NCBI GenBank assembly: GCA_050633305.1
Contig: JBOEGF010000005.1
Span: forward strand, 1-64,000
Length of the DNA stretch: 64,000 bases
Direction: 5' to 3'
Origin: Nannocystales bacterium
Lineage (GTDB): Bacteria > Myxococcota_A > Polyangia > Nannocystales > Nannocystaceae
Under the pieces are notes generated by a model that worked only from the letters and a program-made list of their open reading frames with translations, had not been told where the DNA came from and did no database searches. The stretch's first letter is position 1; each line of letters begins with the position of its first letter. This document shows, piece after piece, positions 58,351-64,000 of this stretch. Both the position numbers and the translations under genes were made by a program.

Positions 58351-60207
58351 GTGCCCACGGACTACCGAGACCTTGCACCCGACGTCATCGATGCCTTCGA
58401 GAAGGCGTTTCCGCGCTCTGAGGACCCCGCAGTGCTCGCGGAAGTCCGTGCCTTGGAGGTGTTGTTTGGTTGCTCGATGCCCGAGGAGGTGACGCGGTTT
58501 TTGGAGACGGAACGGAGTGAACTGTTCGACCCCTCTCCGGTCGGACTCGCCGCGATGGAGCACCCGTTCGAGGCGTTGATCCTTCGCGCACAGGAGATGG
58601 ACGACACGGCGGCGGTGCTCTTTCCGCTCACCGGGAGCCTGTTCTTACGCGGCGTCGGTGGCGTGGAGATCCTCGGGCACGTCACTGGAAAGCCGGGGGA
58701 GCCCGTGAGCCCGTTCTGCGGGTGGCGCAACGAGAAGTGGGCGTACGACCTTCCGAGCTTCAACCAGCTCACGCTCGCGCTCAAGACGTTTCTCTACGTT
58801 GAGGACGACTACGGGGACGAAGACGAAGACGAGGACGACGATGAGGACGAGCCGCGGGTGGGTCGGCAGGCCGAGGCTCTGTTGGCCCCGATCTGGGGGC
58901 GGGTCCACCGAACGCAGTGGACCGAGAACATGTTCGAAGCGATCGACGATACCGAAGTCGAAGAGCGCTTGGATGCAGGGGTTGACGACGCCCAAGACCT
59001 CCGGCCCCAGCTGAGCCAGTGGTGGCGCCACGAACGGTGTCTGACGCTGGGGTTCGCGTTGATTGGGAAGTTCCGTTCTCCACAGACGGATGCGTTCGCC
59101 CATGTCCCGTGGGAGACGCTCGAGCACCCGGACTTCTCGGCCGACCTCGGCGCACAGATGAACCTGCTGTGGCGAGGATGGTTTCTCAACGAGGAGACTC
59201 TGCTCGAACGCACCATGGCCGCAACTGCGACATCGCCCTCACGCCTCGTTCAAGATGCTCGGCGACTGATCTCCGAGTTGCTCGAAGGTCGGACGATGAT
59301 CGGCTCCGTGGACATGCACCACGCCCGGAACAACTACAAGACTTGGGTCGATGACCCGAGCGCCTACGAGCGCGTGCAGCGGTCGGCTCGCCGCGCCGCG
59401 CTCGAAGCTTGTGTCGAGCCTTCGCCGCAGGGGATCGAGCTGGTGCGGGCGCTGTGGCCTCTTCACGGCCCTGTGACAACGGAGCCTCGGGCCCTGCCTC
59501 CCGGGCACACGTGGGACGCTGCGACACGCCTGCTGACCGTGACCACCGATGGCCTGGCCCGTGAGGTTGTGCTGGCAGCTCCAACGGAGGGGCAAGCCAT
59601 CGTGTTGGATCGTCCGGCATCCAGTAGCGGTCTCTCGCCTTCGGGTCGTCGGTTCGTCTGCGAGGCCTCCACCTCGCGGCAGGGGCCTGGAGGCGCCGTC
59701 TACCCCGGCGTCGGGTTGGCCGAATACAACTTCGACACCCAGGCGTGGCGGGTTCTCGCGGACGTTGGCGAACTGCGCTACGTGGCCTACGTCGACGAAG
59801 ATCGGTGGGTGGTTCACAACCGCGACCACACCTACTTGCTGAGCGATGTCGACGGTGTGATCGAGACCGGTGAGCCCGCGTTCGTGGGCCAGCCGAACAC
59901 ATTCCACATTCCAGAGCTGGAGGTTCTGATCGCGTACGGGAAAACCGACCTCGTCCGAGGGCGGAGCCCGGGCGACCTCAAGTCACCTTGGATTCGAGTC
60001 TACGGGTATACACGGGACCGATTGGCATGCATCGCCGGGTTCCCACTCGACGGAGTCGAGCTGGTCGCCAAGCAGACCGACGGCGCATGGAGTGTTGGGC
60101 TGGTCTCCGCCGACCGCGAGGTCGCATGGGAGTTCCGGGGCTTGGGAACGGGCGCGAAGGCCTGGCGGGAGGGGGTGGTGGCCGAGTCGCGGAGCGCTGG
60201 CCCCTAG
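58351..60207 (+). CDS. Hypothetical protein with possible N-terminal SMI1/KNR4 (SUKH)-like domain and an acidic tract
   Basis: 618-aa ORF; EVRALEVLFGCSMPEEVTRFL resembles SUKH helix 1-2; EDDYGDEDEDEDDDEDE tract. Confidence 0.6.
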   Translation: MPTDYRDLAPDVIDAFEKAFPRSEDPAVLAEVRALEVLFGCSMPEEVTRFLETERSELFDPSPVGLAAMEHPFEALILRAQEMDDTAAVLFPLTGSLFLRGVGGVEILGHVTGKPGEPVSPFCGWRNEKWAYDLPSFNQLTLALKTFLYVEDDYGDEDEDEDDDEDEPRVGRQAEALLAPIWGRVHRTQWTENMFEAIDDTEVEERLDAGVDDAQDLRPQLSQWWRHERCLTLGFALIGKFRSPQTDAFAHVPWETLEHPDFSADLGAQMNLLWRGWFLNEETLLERTMAATATSPSRLVQDARRLISELLEGRTMIGSVDMHHARNNYKTWVDDPSAYERVQRSARRAALEACVEPSPQGIELVRALWPLHGPVTTEPRALPPGHTWDAATRLLTVTTDGLAREVVLAAPTEGQAIVLDRPASSSGLSPSGRRFVCEASTSRQGPGGAVYPGVGLAEYNFDTQAWRVLADVGELRYVAYVDEDRWVVHNRDHTYLLSDVDGVIETGEPAFVGQPNTFHIPELEVLIAYGKTDLVRGRSPGDLKSPWIRVYGYTRDRLACIAGFPLDGVELVAKQTDGAWSVGLVSADREVAWEFRGLGTGAKAWREGVVAESRSAGP

Positions 60208-61805
60208 TTCGCGAGCGCGCGAGTCCCGTCGAGCCCGAGCGTCTCGAGCTTGGGAAGCCCGCTGAGCTGGACGACACCTTCCCGGGTGACGACGGTGTGG
60301 CTGAGGTTGAGTCGTCGCAGCGCCCGAAGCTTCACGATGTGCTCGATGGCCGCATCGGTGACCAAGGTGTGGTCCAGGCGCAGGACCTCGAGACTCGACA
60401 ACGGCACGAGGTGCTCGATGGCTGCGTCGACCACATCGGTGTGATCGAGTTCGAGCACGCGAAGCGAGCTCAGCACCGACAACGACGCAAGCCCGCGGTT
60501 GGTGACCCGGGTGTGGTGCAGGTGCAGCGCATCGAGGTTGGCCAACGCCGAGAGCGACGCCAGCCCGTCGTCGGACACGTTCGTGTTGCCCAGGTCGAGC
60601 GTCTGCAAACGGGTCAGCGCAGCCAACTCGGGCATCGCACGGTCGTCGAGTCGGGGGTAGTCGAGCACCAAGGCCTCCAGGGTGGTGAGCCCGGAGAGCT
60701 TCTCCATGGCCGGGTGTTCGAGTTCACCCGAGAGTTGGAGCTTGCGGAGCTTGGGGAACTTGGCGAGGGCCTCGAGTCCTTTAGGCCCGATGTCGAGTCC
60801 GGTGAGGACAAGGGTCTCGAGTTCGGTTAGGTCCTCCAGCGCGTGGAGCCCCTCGCCGGTGATCTGGGTTCCGCGGAGCAGGAGCTTGCGGATCCCGGTG
60901 CTGTGACGCAGCGAGCGCAGGCCGTAGTCGCCGAGCCGGGCGCAGTCGCATTCGAAGGACTTGATCGGCAGGCCGCGAAAGTACAGCGGAGAGTTGTCGT
61001 TGAACGTGCTCCCCGAGAAGACGACCTCCCGAAGCTTGTCGAGTGGCTTGATCTGGTTGAGCGAGAAGTTGCCGATTCGTGTGTCCCGTAGCTCGAGCCG
61101 TTCGAGTGCGTCCGCCTTCGCGAGCGTGAGCATCGCTTTGTGACCCGCCCAGTTTCCTTCGAGGACGACGCTGCGAAGCTTGCGGGGCCACAGGTCGAGG
61201 ATGAGCGAGATCTCGCTGTCCTTGGGGAGTTCGGAGAGCCGGACCGCCTGCAAGTCGAGCTTGCGCAGGGGGGTGAGCGGCTCGCTGCCCGCGGAGACCC
61301 GACGCAGGCTGAGTTGCTCGAGCTTCTCGAGTTGTGCGAGGCGGCCGACGATGACCCCATCGATCCGCATGTCCGCGAGCTCGAGCTGGGTAAGCTGAGG
61401 TGCGAACGCGCCGAGTCCAGACTGCACAGCGCCGGCGCATCCCGACACTCGGAGGCTGACGAGCCCTGGAGCCTGGCCGGCGAGCTTCACCAGGTCGAGG
61501 CCGGCGCACCCGTCCTCCGGGCTGCCTTCGTCGATGAAGCCGACTCGATCTGGGCCGGACAGCGCGAGGTCGAGGTGTTCGACGATCCCCAGGTCGAGGC
61601 GGGCGAGATCTCCCGCATCATGAACGGTCACTTGGTGCGGGTCGGCCGGCCAAGGTGTCTGGGTTTCCCCGTCTGCGGGGTTCGCGGACGGTGTCCCGAC
61701 CTGAGGAGGGGCCATCGGGGTTGGCGCCGGGCCGTCCTCCTCGCCGCAATTGCAGCCGGAGAAAAGCAGGCTCACGAGGAGCAGCAAGCGGACGAAGATG
61801 GGCAC
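60204..61805 (-). CDS. Leucine-rich repeat lipoprotein (start uncertain)
   Basis: Lipobox FSGC; ~24-aa repeats L..L..L.L..T.V.D.GL..L. Confidence 0.85.
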   Translation of the reverse strand: MPIFVRLLLLVSLLFSGCNCGEEDGPAPTPMAPPQVGTPSANPADGETQTPWPADPHQVTVHDAGDLARLDLGIVEHLDLALSGPDRVGFIDEGSPEDGCAGLDLVKLAGQAPGLVSLRVSGCAGAVQSGLGAFAPQLTQLELADMRIDGVIVGRLAQLEKLEQLSLRRVSAGSEPLTPLRKLDLQAVRLSELPKDSEISLILDLWPRKLRSVVLEGNWAGHKAMLTLAKADALERLELRDTRIGNFSLNQIKPLDKLREVVFSGSTFNDNSPLYFRGLPIKSFECDCARLGDYGLRSLRHSTGIRKLLLRGTQITGEGLHALEDLTELETLVLTGLDIGPKGLEALAKFPKLRKLQLSGELEHPAMEKLSGLTTLEALVLDYPRLDDRAMPELAALTRLQTLDLGNTNVSDDGLASLSALANLDALHLHHTRVTNRGLASLSVLSSLRVLELDHTDVVDAAIEHLVPLSSLEVLRLDHTLVTDAAIEHIVKLRALRRLNLSHTVVTREGVVQLSGLPKLETLGLDGTRALAN

Positions 61806-62012
61806 GAGAGGCGGCAGACCATAGGCTCCTGGACGACTCCGCAACACCCCCCGCGAACTGCGCATGCCCTCTTCGCGTCGCTCGCGCAGACCTTGCGGGG
61901 TCAATGTCGCGGGCCGGGCGCCCGGCGGCGAACACTGTTCCTAGACGCGTCTCAGAGGTAATTGGGGCGCGGCGAATGCGTATCTCAACCCCCCCTGCGA
62001 CAGTCAGCGTGA

Positions 62013-62041
62013 TTGACGCGCCCGGGGCGGTTTTGTACAAC
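62013..62041 (+). promoter_or_regulatory. Candidate sigma70 promoter
   Basis: TTGACG-N17-TACAAC, ~60 nt upstream of ATG 62104. Confidence 0.5.
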
Positions 62042-62103
62042 GAGCGCGGTCGGCGGGGGATTCCGTCGACATCCGTCCTCCGGCAAGAACTCAGGTCTTC
62101 ACC

Positions 62104-62652
62104 ATGGCAACGAATCGAATCGAGCGCGTGCTCCGCCACGACGGAATCGTGGCAGTCCTCGACATGACGGGCGACGCCTCGTCCGCCCCTTCTCCCATGC
62201 CGGCCGCAGCGCCTGCACCGGCCCCTCCAACGGGTCTTGGTGCGCCTGCACCGAGCATGACCCCCAGTGCCGCACCAGCGCCCGCTCCGGCGGGTCTCGG
62301 AGCACCTGTCCCCGCGCCTCCACCGATGGGCAGCCCGCATGTCCCTCTGACACCCGCGGCTCCGCAAGCCGCTCCGGTTGCGCAAGTTTCCCAGGGGCCC
62401 CAGGGCTCTCAGGTCTCTTGGGTTGGCGACGACAACTGGCGACCCATCGTCATGGAGGCGGTCAAGTTGCGGCAGATCGCAAATGAGCCCTCCGTCCGTG
62501 TCGAGGTCGGCGACCACAAGGTGATGGTCTCGGGCGACGACAAGCACGTCATTGGCGTCGTCTTCATCAAGGGTCACCCCGTGGTGAAGTCGGTTGTTCG
62601 CATGGTGCGGCAGCTACTGCGTCAGCCCAGCTCGTCGCCTGCGGGCCTGTAG
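62104..62652 (+). CDS. Hypothetical protein, putative Roadblock/LC7-like fold with a Pro/Ala-rich insertion
   Basis: Helix-strand N-terminus, ~80-aa Pro/Ala tract, then strand-helix-three strands-helix. Confidence 0.6.
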   Translation: MATNRIERVLRHDGIVAVLDMTGDASSAPSPMPAAAPAPAPPTGLGAPAPSMTPSAAPAPAPAGLGAPVPAPPPMGSPHVPLTPAAPQAAPVAQVSQGPQGSQVSWVGDDNWRPIVMEAVKLRQIANEPSVRVEVGDHKVMVSGDDKHVIGVVFIKGHPVVKSVVRMVRQLLRQPSSSPAGL

Positions 62653-62796
62653 ACAGTCCTTTCTCAGCTCTGAGCTCAGAACGAAGTTCAGGGCTCGGTC
62701 ATCGCCCCGACGAGGGGTTCAACAAGGCCGCGGAAGTGATTCCGCGGCCTTTCTTCGTCAATGGCTCCCCGTTCATGAAGCGGTAGAGTCCGCGAC

Positions 62797-64000
62797 GTGG
62801 CACAGGCTGCTTCTCTGATTGAGGCCCTCATCGGCGTGGTGGGAGCTGAGCACGTGCGAACTGGAGCCGAGGACCTCGGGTACTACGGCACAGATCGCTG
62901 CCGGGGCGACTGGCCGGTCTCGCCCCAGGCCATCGTTCTTCCCAAGACCATCGAGCAAGTCCAAGGCGTGGTCCGTGCGTGTGCGGCCTCCGGCGCTGCG
63001 GTGGTGCCCTCTGGCGGCCGAACCGGTCTGACGGGTGCCGCGACCGCCACCCGGGGAGAGGTTGTGCTTTCGCTCGAGCGCATGACGGCGATCCTTGGAA
63101 TCGATGCGGCGGCGCATACGATTCAGTGCGAGGCCGGTGCCACGGTGGAAGCGCTTCAGCTTGCGGCTGCGGCCGAGGGTCTGCTGTATCCGGTCGACTT
63201 CGCGGCGAAGGGGAGCGCGCAAATCGGAGGCAGCATTGCCACCAACGCGGGCGGGGTGAAGGTGCTCCGCTACGGCTCCACCCGGGCGTGGGTCAGCGGC
63301 CTGGATGTGGTGGTGGCCAGCGGGGAGCTGCTGCACCTGGGCGGAGCGCTGGTGAAGGACAACACCGGCTACGATCTTCGGCAGTTGTTCATTGGGGCGG
63401 AGGGAACGCTCGGCATCATCGTGGGCGCGACGATGCGGCTGTGTCCGCCTCCGCAGGGGTTGCTCGTCGCGCTCTGTTCCGTTCCCAGCGACGAGCAGAT
63501 GCTGTCGCTGTTCCGTCGAGCCAGGCGCGAACTCCCTCTGCAGGCGTTCGAGTGCTTCGATCAGGGGTGCCTGCAACACGTCTTGGAGCATCGGAGTCTC
63601 GCTGGACGCGGCCCTTTCGCGGAGCCGAGCCCCCAGCACGTGCTCATCGAGGTCGAGGTCGAAGGCGCTGGCGACGAGGCGCACGAGCAGGCCCACGACC
63701 GTCTCACCCTGTGCCTCGCCGACGCGCAAGATGCGGGCGAACTCGAAGATGCCGTAGTCGCGTCGACGGCCGCGCAGGCGAAAGATCTGTGGGAGTACCG
63801 GGAAGGGATCAGCGAGTCGCTGCACGCCCATGCCCCGCACAAGTCCGACATCGCGTTGCCGATCTCCGCGGTCACCGAGTTCCTCGAGGTCTGGCGCCCC
63901 GCGGTTGCGAAGGCGCTCCCGGATGCCGAGGCCCTGGTGTTCGGCCACATCGGGGACGGAAACCTGCACCTCAACATCCTCAAGCCCCCGGCCGAAGACC
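62797..64000 (+). CDS. FAD-binding oxidoreductase (GlcD/D-2-hydroxyacid dehydrogenase family), runs off the window
   Basis: Not in the ORF track because there is no stop. Frame from GTG 62797 reads VVPSGGRTGLTGAA, IGGSIATNAGG, KDNTGYDL, FIGAEGTLGII, FGHIGDGNLHLN. Confidence 0.9.
   Translation, partial: MAQAASLIEALIGVVGAEHVRTGAEDLGYYGTDRCRGDWPVSPQAIVLPKTIEQVQGVVRACAASGAAVVPSGGRTGLTGAATATRGEVVLSLERMTAILGIDAAAHTIQCEAGATVEALQLAAAAEGLLYPVDFAAKGSAQIGGSIATNAGGVKVLRYGSTRAWVSGLDVVVASGELLHLGGALVKDNTGYDLRQLFIGAEGTLGIIVGATMRLCPPPQGLLVALCSVPSDEQMLSLFRRARRELPLQAFECFDQGCLQHVLEHRSLAGRGPFAEPSPQHVLIEVEVEGAGDEAHEQAHDRLTLCLADAQDAGELEDAVVASTAAQAKDLWEYREGISESLHAHAPHKSDIALPISAVTEFLEVWRPAVAKALPDAEALVFGHIGDGNLHLNILKPPAED

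Noticed and set aside
62773..63969. 398-aa minus-strand ORF at the window end
   Set aside because: Antisense to the FAD oxidoreductase on the plus strand, which the ORF track missed because it has no stop in the window.

Overview
GC-rich myxobacterial DNA. The Glt gliding genes, a MYXO-CTERM protein and many lipoproteins with Ser/Thr/Gly linkers suggest a Nannocystaceae-like lineage; this taxonomy is inferred. Bases 1-26.2 kb hold an adventurous (Agl-Glt) gliding locus: gltC (5'-truncated by the window), gltD, gltE, an inserted alpha/beta-hydrolase lipoprotein plus a second diverged gltE, gltF, gltG, a TPR lipoprotein and a 4021-aa AgmK/GltI-like TPR protein. Next come an N-terminally extended PilT, a MYXO-CTERM metzincin-like protein with a QExxH motif, an FHA-GAF-adenylate cyclase operon ending in a truncated hydantoinase-B-like gene, a methyltransferase-like/coiled-coil protein and tRNA-Leu(CAG) with promoter and terminator. 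The right half is mixed: a lipoprotein with Asp-rich repeats and a thrombospondin C-terminal-like domain, a HEAT-cyclophilin, ThiD-like kinase, arginase, LysR/AraC/GntR regulators with adjacent enzymes and visible operators, a SUKH-like protein, an LRR lipoprotein, a split Roadblock-like protein and a 3'-truncated FAD oxidoreductase. I saw no CRISPR array, integrase, transposase or rRNA. All homology calls come from motif recognition by eye; no searches were run.
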